Part shown: piece after piece, positions 39,122 to 49,806 of the stretch | Layout: each line of letters begins with the position of its first letter | How positions within the stretch are numbered: position 1 is the first letter of the stretch | From: a virus | Direction: 5' to 3' (one strand) | IMG/VR virus record: IMGVR_UViG_3300024255_000001 | Length of the DNA: 64,000 bases | The notes under the pieces: generated by a model | What the model was told of the DNA's origin: nothing | Databases searched by the model: none | Seen by the model: only the letters and a program-made list of their open reading frames with translations | Position numbers and translations under genes: made by a program

Positions 39122-40926
39122 AATACAATCGGTACGAAACCTACCATTGGAACTGGTCCGGCAGGAGTCGGAATACCACCAAGATAAAGCAACTTAAATT
39201 CTAGTAGATGTAGGGCATAAGCTCCTGCAACTGCTGTACTTACTGCCATCGCGGGTGGTTGTGTTGCCGGCAACTTACTAAAAGACTTACCTGTATTCCA
39301 GGCTCTTCTTAAATTATTAGCTAGGCGATTTGCACTTCCATAATAAATTGGAACATAAATACCTGTTAAAGGTGGAGCAATTAACGCTGGAGGAGCAGAA
39401 GGAGTTGGCTTAAATGGTTTAACAACACAAGCATACCAATATGCAATTGTTACTCTAGCCATCATCATATATGGATCTCCAGAATAAGTCTTACCTCCAG
39501 GTGTTGAACCACTAGGCTCCCATGGATGTGCTACTTCTGTTAAATCTTCTTCACATTCTTCAGCTTTCTTTTTAGCACATTTAGCTCTATGATATTCATA
39601 TTTAAAAAGAGTACCTTCTGGTTTTGGATTAATTTGAAAGAATGCTTTTTGTGCATCTGCCTTTTTAGAAGCAGCCATTAATTTAGACTTTGGTACCTTT
39701 CTCCACTTCTTTTCCCATTCATTCCTTTCATAGTTACTCTTTACCCAGTTTTTTGATTTAATAAACTTAGGTGCATTAGTAACTACACCATTTGCATTTG
39801 CAGTAAAATTACCACTTCTTACTCCAGGGTACCAACTAAAAGTAGCCACTACATTTGAGGTTAAAATCTTTGGTCTTTGGCTAGGGTTTTCCGGTGGGGA
39901 GTGTTCAAAATCATAAGCCACTTGAATTTTATATTCATTCAATGGGCAGTCTAATTCATAGGGTAGAGTAATTGGTCCGGTTGGATCTTTCATAATTCTT
40001 TTTCTTAATACTGTAGTATTAAAGAATGTCCATGTATTCTCCTCTTCTTCAGGATGTACTTCATGGATAGCTTCAATACAAAGAGTACTAACATTATCTA
40101 CTAATTCTTTCCAATCATATCCAGCAGCATTAATATCTGATTTTGCCTGTGAGTTTATATTTGGATATGGCATACCAGACCAGCCGCCGCCAAATCCACT
40201 TGAGTTGCTATAGTTCTCTGAGCCAAGACATGCTAACCAAATATAGAATTCCCATTTAGTATTCTTATTTGTAATCCTTTCAAATTGCTGTAATAGTCTA
40301 GATGCAAATATCTTTTCTAATTCATCTTGAGTCTCATTACCATCAATACATGGAAATTGAAAAAATCTAAATTTATGTAAGTCGTATTCCTCTTTAGCAG
40401 TATCAACGAATTGATTAAAAGCCTTATCATTTTCTTTTTCTAATTCTGCTAATTCTTCAGCACTTGGTAGTTCTACTTCTGGGCAAAAATCAGCATAGGC
40501 AGGATGCGACTCTTTCCCCATCTCAATTAGATTACCATCTTCATCATATTGGTCTTGTAGAGGTATATCACCCTCTCTTAATAATCGTTCGAATGCAATA
40601 CCATATCCTTGTTTTAATAACATCTCAGCAGCACCATTATTAATATGGAATTCTGCAACATGGGTTTGTGCATTATTTTTTACAGCTTCAATATAATGTT
40701 CTGCAACCTGAACTCCAAAATCATATCTACCAGATAATGGGTTTGGATTAATCGCATTTACATAATCAGCTTTATTAGATTTTAAACTATTATTAAGTGG
40801 ATTACCTACCTCGGATTTGAACTCAGGAAGATCGTAAGAAACTACAGCTCCACCTGGTTTAGTAAACTGCTGACTTGTAATAGTGTTAGCCAAGTCAGGA
40901 ATAAATTTAGGCCACATTGCAGGCAT
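39118..40926 (-). CDS. Baseplate/spike-associated protein of unknown function
   Basis: 602 aa immediately downstream of the gp5-like spike; Pro/Gly-rich C-terminus. Confidence 0.6.
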   Translation of the reverse strand: MPAMWPKFIPDLANTITSQQFTKPGGAVVSYDLPEFKSEVGNPLNNSLKSNKADYVNAINPNPLSGRYDFGVQVAEHYIEAVKNNAQTHVAEFHINNGAAEMLLKQGYGIAFERLLREGDIPLQDQYDEDGNLIEMGKESHPAYADFCPEVELPSAEELAELEKENDKAFNQFVDTAKEEYDLHKFRFFQFPCIDGNETQDELEKIFASRLLQQFERITNKNTKWEFYIWLACLGSENYSNSSGFGGGWSGMPYPNINSQAKSDINAAGYDWKELVDNVSTLCIEAIHEVHPEEEENTWTFFNTTVLRKRIMKDPTGPITLPYELDCPLNEYKIQVAYDFEHSPPENPSQRPKILTSNVVATFSWYPGVRSGNFTANANGVVTNAPKFIKSKNWVKSNYERNEWEKKWRKVPKSKLMAASKKADAQKAFFQINPKPEGTLFKYEYHRAKCAKKKAEECEEDLTEVAHPWEPSGSTPGGKTYSGDPYMMMARVTIAYWYACVVKPFKPTPSAPPALIAPPLTGIYVPIYYGSANRLANNLRRAWNTGKSFSKLPATQPPAMAVSTAVAGAYALHLLEFKLLYLGGIPTPAGPVPMVGFVPIVF

Positions 40927-40929
40927 AGC

Positions 40930-41646
40930 TTACTTGTTCTTTTGTTGATAGTTAATATGTGTCGAACCTAATTTTGCAACTGTTGCCGGAGTAGGAGGCA
41001 TTGGAGGACCAGATGGCCCAACACCAGTTGGATGGATATGTGCATTGTAATCATCTAATAGAGCCTGTAACCAATCTTGTAGAGATTGACCTCTTACTGC
41101 AGGTTCTGTTTCATCTGCTCCAGACTCACCTGTATTAGATACAAATATATCTCCACAATCTAAAAAGACTTTAGCATCTGTAGAAATCTTAATAAAACCC
41201 TCTTCATCAATTTGAAGCATAGGTCTTTCTTTTGCGCCCCCACCTCTAGTAATGACCAAGCCATCTTCTGGTGAGTGGTAAATTCTTAAGTTACGTTCTG
41301 CATCGTAAACCAGGGATATAACATCTTGTGGTGCGTCAGATGACTCTAGGATGTCTCCCTTTAAGTCTTCGTTTTGATCTACTTGAAACCAGTATTCTGG
41401 GTGATAAATGTTACCGTTATCAAATCTAACTGCAACAACATCTCCAACTCTAGGAACTGCATGCGCACCAACCTGATCCCTATTCATAGGAGTTGCCCAT
41501 GGAATAGCGTCATCTGTTAATTTATCAAATTTACCGAATACTTTTACTCTAACCCTACCTTGAAGAAGTGGGTCTTCATTAATAACCACTTCACCTAACC
41601 AATGAGTCTCTCGTAAATTATCTCTGTAAAGTTCATTATTATTCAT
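40930..41646 (-). CDS. Baseplate central spike (gp5/gpV-like, no lysozyme)
   Basis: OB fold EDPLLQGRVRVKV...WATP...VPRVGDVVAVRF; C-terminal HIH metal-binding tip. Confidence 0.88.
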   Translation of the reverse strand: MNNNELYRDNLRETHWLGEVVINEDPLLQGRVRVKVFGKFDKLTDDAIPWATPMNRDQVGAHAVPRVGDVVAVRFDNGNIYHPEYWFQVDQNEDLKGDILESSDAPQDVISLVYDAERNLRIYHSPEDGLVITRGGGAKERPMLQIDEEGFIKISTDAKVFLDCGDIFVSNTGESGADETEPAVRGQSLQDWLQALLDDYNAHIHPTGVGPSGPPMPPTPATVAKLGSTHINYQQKNK

Positions 41647-43060
41647 GTACGTTTTCGTTTATTGGTCCATCAGTATCTGGTGGTGTATCACCGTGAATAT
41701 TATCTGGGCCTAATGAAGCTTCTGGTTGAAGTAGTCCATCATTAAGCTCATCATAAATTTTACCTAATTTTATATTATCTGGAGTAGAATCAGATCCAGC
41801 TAACCCTACATTACCTAAACCACCAATACTAGGACCTCCATTACCATCGTTATTTTTACCTATTAGATTTCCTACTAGGTTGCCGACTGCATTTAAACTA
41901 CCTGTTTTTAAAGCGGTTGATATATCATTTATTGTACCACCTAACCCGTGAACATTACCTAAAAGTAGAGACCCTGTTAAATCGTCAGTTGCTTTATCTA
42001 AAAGGTTTTTAACAATACCAGGTTGATTTGGGTTAGCGAACGAATTAGCAATACTATTTGCTTGAGCAGTAGCTGCGTCTTTTGCGTTTTGTAAGACAGA
42101 TTCAACTTTGCCAATTGTTCTACCTCTAATAGCATCTAAATATTTCTGACCAGTGGATTGACCAGCACCATTATCTACTCTACCGACTTTTTGAGCCTCT
42201 TCTATTCTTTTATTAATAGGTTTATCTGAATCTTCTTTTTCGTTAAACAAGTTCGAACCTAATTTTTGATCTATTTGTCTACATGTACCCCAATTAATTT
42301 TAATACTCGGTCTTGCAGCTTCTGGGTTTTTAGTTAATTCACCAAAAAACGACGCTAAAGAATCTTTATCAAATTCACAATGAGTAAATCTTAATCTAAC
42401 AAAAGGAGTTACATCAGCTGACGTAAAGTCTTTATTAACATAATTTTCATGTAAATCAGTTATTGTGCCACCAGCAGAATTACTTGAATTACCAAAAATA
42501 GAATCTTCATTATCAGTACTACCTAAGTTTCTAGAATTAGTATCTTTTTGAAATACTCTAATCTCAGATACAATTATATCCATCGAAAATTCTCTTAAGT
42601 TTCTAGGTACCACCTCTACATATCTTTCAAAATCAAAACAGGCTCTTTTATATAAGTCCATTAAACCAATTGCTGTAAACTCCATGTTCTCTTCTAGACA
42701 TGTAATTTCTAGTTCTGGTTTTTCAGCACCTCTCCATGGCTCTGTCATATCACCATAAGTCATAGCAGCATCTAAGCCTTTTAAACCCTGCCAAAACCAA
42801 GGCATTTCTTGATTAACCTTTCTCAATACTCTATTAAAGTTCTTTAAATTAGCAGCAAGTTTATTTCCAATATCATCTCTAATTACATCTTGTAGATAAC
42901 GCTCTGCCGTACCATCGAGTAGGGGCGAGTGCCCAACATCACGATGGTCGTCAAAATGGAATAATATAAGAAAACTCAAAAACGTAGGATCTTCGTCAAT
43001 CAAACGTATTCGAGAGCCCTTTTTAAACTCATTCCTTGTTCTAAAATCTAAATCTGCCAT
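41639..43060 (-). CDS. Putative tail tube initiator / baseplate protein
   Basis: Tube-fold-like N-terminal half and Gly/Asn-rich tail; lies between hub and spike; GATAGATA variant 4 nt before the ATG. Confidence 0.5.
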   Translation of the reverse strand: MADLDFRTRNEFKKGSRIRLIDEDPTFLSFLILFHFDDHRDVGHSPLLDGTAERYLQDVIRDDIGNKLAANLKNFNRVLRKVNQEMPWFWQGLKGLDAAMTYGDMTEPWRGAEKPELEITCLEENMEFTAIGLMDLYKRACFDFERYVEVVPRNLREFSMDIIVSEIRVFQKDTNSRNLGSTDNEDSIFGNSSNSAGGTITDLHENYVNKDFTSADVTPFVRLRFTHCEFDKDSLASFFGELTKNPEAARPSIKINWGTCRQIDQKLGSNLFNEKEDSDKPINKRIEEAQKVGRVDNGAGQSTGQKYLDAIRGRTIGKVESVLQNAKDAATAQANSIANSFANPNQPGIVKNLLDKATDDLTGSLLLGNVHGLGGTINDISTALKTGSLNAVGNLVGNLIGKNNDGNGGPSIGGLGNVGLAGSDSTPDNIKLGKIYDELNDGLLQPEASLGPDNIHGDTPPDTDGPINENVHE

Positions 43061-43080
43061 AGATTATCTATCTTACTTTT

Positions 43081-44589
43081 TTATGCTAGATTTCGAGAAC
43101 GAGACGGCCACTCTCTCCTAAGTAGAGTGAAGTAGGTTATCATACCATCCTCTTTATCGTATTTATAGTCAATATTTTCTACCACGTAAAACCCAGATAT
43201 AAATTTATCCATCATCTGGTCCATTTCATTTAGGTCTACTTTAGGTTTCCCAGCTTGCATAGGCCTTTCTGTTAAACCAGCCTCTTCTCTCTTTTGATCT
43301 GCCTTTTGTTCAGCTTCGATCTTAACTTTATCATAATGGTAAATGATTACAGGTACTTTAGAAAATTTATACAATGATGGATTAAAACCTTCAACTGTAA
43401 CCTTTAATTTCATTTTCTCTAATTCCATTTGGTTTTGAGCTCTATGTAGTTTAGTAAATGCAGCGTTGGCATGTGTATTACCTAATCCATCATCACCAGC
43501 ATTTTGTCTACCTACATATTTGTACTTAACCTGCTCTTTATACCTCTCGTCTTTTCTATTACCCTTTAGAGGTTCATCTAATTCAGATAATTCTTCAGTG
43601 GTTAAAGGTTCTATTGTAAACTCTTGGAATCTATCTCCAGGTTCAGAATTATTATCATAGATCTGTACGTTTCTAGAGTTACCAGCCTTTAAACTTATTT
43701 TAGAAGAATTATTTACTATTTCAAAGTCTCTAATATAACAACTTAAACCTGTAAGCTCTACATGGTTAGTTAATAATAAAGGTACTTTTACGTTATCTGA
43801 ATCTGTAGTATCTTCTGCAGTTCCTTTCTGTGCTTCTGAATTAGCAAACGAAGTTAATACAGACATTACTTCATCTAGCTTAGGATTTTTAGAATTGAAT
43901 ATCTTATTAATATCCACATAGGTTAGATAGTAATATTGGTCAATATACCATTTAGCAAACGCGTCATCTGAAATATATGAATCTTCTACAATAGACTTAA
44001 TAAAATCTAAGAAAGTTTCATAAGCTTGAATTCTAGACTGCTTATCGTCTGTGCTTTCTACATTTGTAGCCAATCCTAACTCTAAATCTCTAGCAATCTT
44101 TTCTAAATGTGCTAATGAAGTATCTGAATCTAATACTTGACAGTCTTCTCCAAATAACCTAGGTATTTTAGCAATACCCTCTAATGTTATTTCGCTACCA
44201 CCTTCTACATCCGGGGCATCCGGTGCTGAAATTACTTCTATTATATCAAAATCCATGTGAACTGACTTAAAAGTCTCTTGGTGTTTTGAATTTAATAGGA
44301 TTGTAAAGAAGTCACCATCTCTGGGCATTGAATCAACTTTAAAAGCACCTAGATCTGTAAAAGATACTGAACATTTAGGTACATTACCACTTAACTCAAT
44401 TTCAAAAGACTCTATATTAACTCTTTTTACCTGTACACCATTACATAAAATAAAAGGTTCAAACGCACCAATAGCTTTAGTTTGCTTATCTACATTATCA
44501 CCCTTATCTTCTGCTAGGGCTTCCATCTTAATCTCGGTAGGCATAAGAGCCGGCTCAACTACCGCTAATATATGATTATCTAATTCCAT
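43081..44589 (-). CDS. Baseplate hub protein (gp27-like)
   Basis: Position before the spike; C-terminal ISGFYVVENIDYKY...TLLRR hub motif. Confidence 0.6.
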   Translation of the reverse strand: MELDNHILAVVEPALMPTEIKMEALAEDKGDNVDKQTKAIGAFEPFILCNGVQVKRVNIESFEIELSGNVPKCSVSFTDLGAFKVDSMPRDGDFFTILLNSKHQETFKSVHMDFDIIEVISAPDAPDVEGGSEITLEGIAKIPRLFGEDCQVLDSDTSLAHLEKIARDLELGLATNVESTDDKQSRIQAYETFLDFIKSIVEDSYISDDAFAKWYIDQYYYLTYVDINKIFNSKNPKLDEVMSVLTSFANSEAQKGTAEDTTDSDNVKVPLLLTNHVELTGLSCYIRDFEIVNNSSKISLKAGNSRNVQIYDNNSEPGDRFQEFTIEPLTTEELSELDEPLKGNRKDERYKEQVKYKYVGRQNAGDDGLGNTHANAAFTKLHRAQNQMELEKMKLKVTVEGFNPSLYKFSKVPVIIYHYDKVKIEAEQKADQKREEAGLTERPMQAGKPKVDLNEMDQMMDKFISGFYVVENIDYKYDKEDGMITYFTLLRREWPSRSRNLA

Positions 44590-44598
44590 CTTTTAATA

Positions 44599-45396
44599 TT
44601 AGTTACAAGGAGCACCATCATTAGAAACTCCATCTGCATTACCAGTACCCTGAGGGCCATCACCAGTATTTTGATTACTAGAATTTTCTGTAGCTGTTAG
44701 ACCTCGGCCACCGCCTGAACCAGACGTAAGTTTACCTTTACCAACTCCTTTATCTAATAATTTATCAAGTTGATTTTCAGTTAAACCTCTACCGCCGCCA
44801 AAACCAGATCCTCCGCCGGATTCTACATCAGTTGGTGTAAATGTAGCGGCCAAATCAGGAGCCACATCTTCTAATATATTTTTCACTACAGGGTCATTAA
44901 GTTCTCCTCTTTGAGCCTGCGCACCAAACGTTACTAAACCTTTATCAAACTTATAGTTTTTCTTACCAATAGGTATTACGTTAGGTGGAAGTAAAACTTC
45001 TTTATTGTATTTCTTTTTTAATGCCTCTATTCTTCTATCATCTTTTTTAGAGAATCGCTTACCCTGTAAAAACTGATTTTTAATAGCATTATCTTCGCCT
45101 CCTTCTGGTCTATCTAATTTATGAAATGCAATTCCAGATGAAGGTATTTCTAATACATCTCCAGCCTGTAATGAGAACGGATCGGAAATGCCGTTATATT
45201 TTAAAATAATATCAGTCTTAGTCTGATCTCCATAATATTCTAATGCGATCAAATCAGGTCTAGTTGCTTCATCATCTTTAACAATATGCTCGCGCACACC
45301 AGTCTGTTCAGCTTTATTTGTAAATAACATTGTAGGCTGAGCCATTATTAATTTGACTGTATCTTTAGTCTTATTTAAAAGTGTTCTAAAATCCAT
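44599..45396 (-). CDS. Baseplate wedge gp53-like (LysM/tail-X fold)
   Basis: HIVKDDEATRPDLIALEYYGD...ILKYNGISDPFSLQAGDVLEIP. Confidence 0.8.
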   Translation of the reverse strand: MDFRTLLNKTKDTVKLIMAQPTMLFTNKAEQTGVREHIVKDDEATRPDLIALEYYGDQTKTDIILKYNGISDPFSLQAGDVLEIPSSGIAFHKLDRPEGGEDNAIKNQFLQGKRFSKKDDRRIEALKKKYNKEVLLPPNVIPIGKKNYKFDKGLVTFGAQAQRGELNDPVVKNILEDVAPDLAATFTPTDVESGGGSGFGGGRGLTENQLDKLLDKGVGKGKLTSGSGGGRGLTATENSSNQNTGDGPQGTGNADGVSNDGAPCN

Positions 45397-45399
45397 CTA

Positions 45400-47211
45400 T
45401 TAACCTGCAGCGAAGTCTGAATTTCTAAGCGTTCTATCGCCAGTCATTCTTCTTCTATCTTTATTTCCAAATTGTGATACATCCATTACATCGTCTAGAG
45501 ATTTACCTTCAACTTCTGGTTGTAAGTACATTCTACCTCTACCTGCATTAAACATAGACTCAATTTCTGATTTATCTCTAGGTCTACCAGGTTTTAGAGT
45601 TACTACCATCTTTAACTTAGATGGAAAACCTTCAAAACCTAAAGGACCTTCAAATTCAAATTTAGCATTTTGTAATGCTAAGTTACCACAAACCAACATA
45701 GGGTTCATAGGATTACCTACCGTTAAGTGCCATTGACCTGTTGGATCGCCTGTTAAAAAGGCTTTTACAATATCACCACCAGAGGGAGAACCTAAATGCT
45801 TCATTAACGCACCACCAACTAGGTTGTCCATAATCTTTGAATCACCAATTGCATTGACATCACCCTTTAATAAACCTTTTACACCTTTCCCTAAGTCTGC
45901 AAAACCAGATCCTAATGAAGATTTTACTTGTGTCATAACAGAACTCAAATAACCAGCATAATCACCAGACTTTAATTTGTTAAAGTCTCCAAATGGTTTC
46001 CCGGTAGAACCACTACCTGAATATCTAGTAGCACCACCCCAGAAAGGAGCATTGTTATATGTAATCGCTAGTAGATTCGACAGTACGTCCATAAATACTA
46101 CCTTTGGCGATGTATTATCAAAACCTCTTAAGTCATAGTAGAAATTAAGAGTAAATTCTTTATCAAAAGTTAAACCTTTATCATCTCTTGCTAATACAGA
46201 TTTAATTGCATTGTAAGGTCCATATACGTGGTTAGGATATGTGTCTGATAATGGATCGAAACCATGACCCTTAGTACTAATCATATCTGATTGCGCAGCG
46301 GAATAACCGTTAACACCAGCCTCAACTCCTTTTGCGAAAGGAGATGCTTCAATCATTGCACCTAAAGTACCTCTTCTCTTTTCAGTACCTGCACTTTGAG
46401 CTGTTTGAACGCTAGACTCAACATTTGTCCAACCAAATCCAGTTCCGAATGATAAAACATCTTTCATCTCATTGCCTAATTTAGGGGACATCCATGTAAT
46501 TGCACGTGCTAAATCCGGTTCTGATTTATCAAACTCTTTTCCGGCCTCATCATAAGTTACAGCATTTCTAATATCATCTCCTACTGGAAATGCAAATCTT
46601 CTTAAAGTAACTAAAAACTCATTCGAGATTTGACCATAATGTTCAGCCTGAATAAAGTCTCTATAACTATAAGAAAAACCTAAACCACCATTATTACCAG
46701 CATATTGCACAATACGCTTAGCTGTTGGGTTTAAAATATTATTTTTATCTGAGTGTAGTACTGTTTTATTATAGTCTCCGTATTTTGGGTTTGAATATGA
46801 AGTACCATCTGCATAGTTTCTATAATTTAGTAATGTCCATGCATTAGATTTAGATCTTACAGATTTAACACCTTCGATAGTTTTATCCGGGTCTTTAATC
46901 TCATAAGCCCTACTACCTAAAGCACTATTACCATATAATGAGTTTTGTTCACCAGAACTTGTACTAGTATTTGTAGTATTACCAGGTGAAGTTACTTCTT
47001 TTGACTCAACTGGAGTTGAACCTAATGCCGAATTTTCAGAATTAGCTTGTGCACCTGTATCAGTATTAGCCTCTGGCAATGGATTACCATTTGAACCTAA
47101 TGGTGTATCACTAGTTACAACATCTCCAGTCTCAGTATTTTGATATTGAAATGCTGAAGACATTCCTCCACCTCCTGTTAAAAAGCTAGTATCTATTAAT
47201 TCACCGCCCAT
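45400..47211 (-). CDS. Putative baseplate / tail-tube cap protein (gp48-like)
   Basis: First gene of the hub operon, after GATATATA; GNPMNP...FPSKLKMVVTLKP. Confidence 0.5.
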   Translation of the reverse strand: MGGELIDTSFLTGGGGMSSAFQYQNTETGDVVTSDTPLGSNGNPLPEANTDTGAQANSENSALGSTPVESKEVTSPGNTTNTSTSSGEQNSLYGNSALGSRAYEIKDPDKTIEGVKSVRSKSNAWTLLNYRNYADGTSYSNPKYGDYNKTVLHSDKNNILNPTAKRIVQYAGNNGGLGFSYSYRDFIQAEHYGQISNEFLVTLRRFAFPVGDDIRNAVTYDEAGKEFDKSEPDLARAITWMSPKLGNEMKDVLSFGTGFGWTNVESSVQTAQSAGTEKRRGTLGAMIEASPFAKGVEAGVNGYSAAQSDMISTKGHGFDPLSDTYPNHVYGPYNAIKSVLARDDKGLTFDKEFTLNFYYDLRGFDNTSPKVVFMDVLSNLLAITYNNAPFWGGATRYSGSGSTGKPFGDFNKLKSGDYAGYLSSVMTQVKSSLGSGFADLGKGVKGLLKGDVNAIGDSKIMDNLVGGALMKHLGSPSGGDIVKAFLTGDPTGQWHLTVGNPMNPMLVCGNLALQNAKFEFEGPLGFEGFPSKLKMVVTLKPGRPRDKSEIESMFNAGRGRMYLQPEVEGKSLDDVMDVSQFGNKDRRRMTGDRTLRNSDFAAG

Positions 47212-47233
47212 ATAAATATGATTTCTTTTTTAT

Positions 47234-47241
47234 TATATATC
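47234..47241 (-). promoter_or_regulatory. Putative late promoter GATATATA
   Basis: Intergenic, at the start of the tail module. Confidence 0.7.
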
Positions 47242-47265
47242 TGACTATGTATCAGGATATTATAT

Positions 47266-47862
47266 TTAGACCCACTCTCCTCGGTCTAATTCATCATGAT
47301 TTGGCCTATAAAGTATAGTATCGACCCAATCTTTATCCTTAGGGTATCTATCTACTAAAAACTTTTGAAGTGCTTTAACGTATTCACCTTTACTTTGAAA
47401 CTTAAATTGACCTGTATATTGAGTACGGCTTGTGAGCTCATAGAGTTCCTTTAGAGCCATTTCTACCTGAAAGTCTTGTATCTTATTGAATAGTTTATCT
47501 TGTTCGGCCTTGGTCTTCACACAAAATACTGAATCGACAGTAATAAGATATTGTTTCCATTTCTCACCATCAAAGACCCTGTCTTCTAGGGCTTTAACAG
47601 TTTTATATTCCTGTCTTTTTAAGTTAATTCTAGTCTCTTTACCTTCAAAGTCTCTGATAAATCGACCACCAAATAAGTATGCTTTTAAAAAGACTATATT
47701 ATCATAGAACTTTTTAATACGAATTTGATACCTAGGGTTTACATCGTCAAATTTAACGTCGTAAATTAGGGCTCGAACCGGAATAAGTACATTTGGGTTT
47801 TGTGTAGTAGATATTAAAGCTTGTACGTATTCACCTTTAGTAAATATCTTATGCTTAATCAT
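47266..47862 (-). CDS. Hypothetical protein
   Basis: 198 aa, overlapping operon structure. Confidence 0.7.
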   Translation of the reverse strand: MIKHKIFTKGEYVQALISTTQNPNVLIPVRALIYDVKFDDVNPRYQIRIKKFYDNIVFLKAYLFGGRFIRDFEGKETRINLKRQEYKTVKALEDRVFDGEKWKQYLITVDSVFCVKTKAEQDKLFNKIQDFQVEMALKELYELTSRTQYTGQFKFQSKGEYVKALQKFLVDRYPKDKDWVDTILYRPNHDELDRGEWV

Positions 47863-48262
47863 GGTCTATAAATCTAACATTATCAAACTTACTGAGTACA
47901 CCTCTTTTAGGGTAATCGCATCTGTTGATAATAATTAGATCCATATCATAAAGTTCACCTGTTAGGTCCGCTATAAAATGTTTAAAATTTAAAACAGCAT
48001 TGCTGTCTAAGTTTTTAAACATATAGAGTAACTTTGCATCATTATTTTCACCTTCTAATTTATCGTTAATTAACTTTTGAATTAATTTACGAATATACAG
48101 TGAAACAATTACATCTGATGGTTCCTCGCTATACGGGTCACTTTTAACTAGTCTATTTACAATATCGAAATAGGATATAGTTAAATCATAATCACCAGAC
48201 TTTGCTAATTTTTCAAACTCAGTCCTAGTTTTACACCAAACACCTTCTATTTTTAGTGTCAT
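47855..48262 (-). CDS. Hypothetical protein
   Basis: 135 aa, ATGA-coupled. Confidence 0.7.
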   Translation of the reverse strand: MTLKIEGVWCKTRTEFEKLAKSGDYDLTISYFDIVNRLVKSDPYSEEPSDVIVSLYIRKLIQKLINDKLEGENNDAKLLYMFKNLDSNAVLNFKHFIADLTGELYDMDLIIINRCDYPKRGVLSKFDNVRFIDHD

Positions 48263-48582
48263 TTCTTTAGTTTAGCCTCCAGTATTTTTAGTTCTTTTTT
48301 TAATTCTGAGGCTCTTAATTTTAATTCAGCTTCATTTGGGTTATACTGTTTACCCCATTCAGTTTTGACTACTATTTTATCTCTATCTAAGTCACTACCG
48401 GTAGCAAGACCCAAATCTAAAACAATATCTTTTAGAAACTTAACCTGGTTTGCTCGACCGAGCGCACTGTCAAATTCATATACAACGCGAGAGGTGAATT
48501 CCTCACCTCCGCCATTGACATTATCATCAATTAAAAACTTGACCACGCCATTATCAGCCGGCTCAATTTGAATAGTAACCAT
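48259..48582 (-). CDS. Hypothetical protein
   Basis: 107 aa in the operon. Confidence 0.7.
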   Translation of the reverse strand: MVTIQIEPADNGVVKFLIDDNVNGGGEEFTSRVVYEFDSALGRANQVKFLKDIVLDLGLATGSDLDRDKIVVKTEWGKQYNPNEAELKLRASELKKELKILEAKLKK

Positions 48583-48591
48583 TAACTAGTA

Positions 48592-49044
48592 TTATTTTTT
48601 ACGAGAATTTAAAGACGCATTTGCCTCTTTATAGAGAGCTTTGATTTTCTTCTTATCCTCTCTATAGGTCTCTTTATCTTTTACAATAGATAACGCCCAT
48701 GCTTCTTCAAGCATTTCCATTTCTTTTGCATTGTAACCTATATTCTTCCATGTATCTTTTAAACCATCTACGTGCTCACCTTCTTCATTGGTATAACCCT
48801 CTAGCTTTCTTTCAAGCATTTCATGGTTTCTTTTTTCTTGAATATCAAGATGTCTTTGATGTAGCTTTCTACCGTTCTCTATGTTTGCTTGCTGAATTTT
48901 TAATCTTTCAGCTAAAGGTAGTTTGCTAATATATTTTAGCACACCTTGTTGTTTCATCATGAATCTTCTCTGCCTTCTAGTAAGTAATGTCTGGCCCTGA
49001 TTCTGTTGTTGATTTACTTCTTGTGTTTGTTCTTTTTCTGCCAT
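48592..49044 (-). CDS. Hypothetical basic helical protein
   Basis: 150 aa in the operon. Confidence 0.7.
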   Translation of the reverse strand: MAEKEQTQEVNQQQNQGQTLLTRRQRRFMMKQQGVLKYISKLPLAERLKIQQANIENGRKLHQRHLDIQEKRNHEMLERKLEGYTNEEGEHVDGLKDTWKNIGYNAKEMEMLEEAWALSIVKDKETYREDKKKIKALYKEANASLNSRKK

Positions 49045-49567
49045 CGTAATATGATTTAATAAATTCTTCAGCTTGTGGTTTTAGTTGTTTTTGTAAGTTA
49101 TCTATCTGGCTCATTACAAGCGCTAAAATTTGCTCATTTAGATCTGACTTAGTAATATCCATCTGGTCTTTAAATAATTCATATACCTCATGCGAAGGTA
49201 CATTTAATTGTAAAGGCATCTCGATTGAATTCTTAGCACTAAGCTTTCTTAGCATTTCTAACATAACATTTACCTCTGCGTTATTTTGAGCCACGGGTTG
49301 AGGTGTTGCCTTAACCGGTGTTTCATCAACTGGCTCTGGGCCTGTAGATGCACTAGTACTTTTAAATGGAGTTGCTAAAACTTTAGCATTTGAAATATCC
49401 TTCGCTTCCATTAAGAGTTCTGGTATAATATTAGAGAAAACTTTAGTTCCATCTGTAAATAAAGTAAATTCACCATCTACTTTATCAAATGTAACAATGT
49501 CTCCTGCACGTTCTGTTTTAGTCCAAACGTAAATTTGCTCTTTCTGTTCAGTTAATTGCTCTGCCAT
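48977..49567 (-). CDS. Hypothetical protein
   Basis: Probable start MAEQ at 49567, downstream of a middle-promoter motif. Confidence 0.7.
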   Translation of the reverse strand: MAEQLTEQKEQIYVWTKTERAGDIVTFDKVDGEFTLFTDGTKVFSNIIPELLMEAKDISNAKVLATPFKSTSASTGPEPVDETPVKATPQPVAQNNAEVNVMLEMLRKLSAKNSIEMPLQLNVPSHEVYELFKDQMDITKSDLNEQILALVMSQIDNLQKQLKPQAEEFIKSYYDGRKRTNTRSKSTTESGPDITY

Positions 49568-49577
49568 ATTCTTATTT

Positions 49578-49805
49578 TTAAATAATTGACCAATCAAAGT
49601 CAAACTCGAGCTGACCAGTCTTTCTATAGTTATACTCACGATTTAAAAATTGTTTAATAAAGTCATCGGAGCCGACAGGTCCCATGATAGCATCTGTCTT
49701 TTCATACCTTGATTTCCAATGATTTGTAAACTGTTCAACTCCTTGTTCTTTTAATTGTTTTTTTAATTCTACCAACTCTGGTAGAAATAGTTTGTTAAAT
49801 CCCAT
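49578..49805 (-). CDS. Hypothetical protein
   Basis: 75 aa in the operon. Confidence 0.65.
   Translation of the reverse strand: MGFNKLFLPELVELKKQLKEQGVEQFTNHWKSRYEKTDAIMGPVGSDDFIKQFLNREYNYRKTGQLEFDFDWSII
49630..49656 (-). promoter_or_regulatory. Putative middle promoter TAAAC-N17-TATAA
   Basis: Recurrent motif. Confidence 0.55.
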
Positions 49806-49806
49806 A

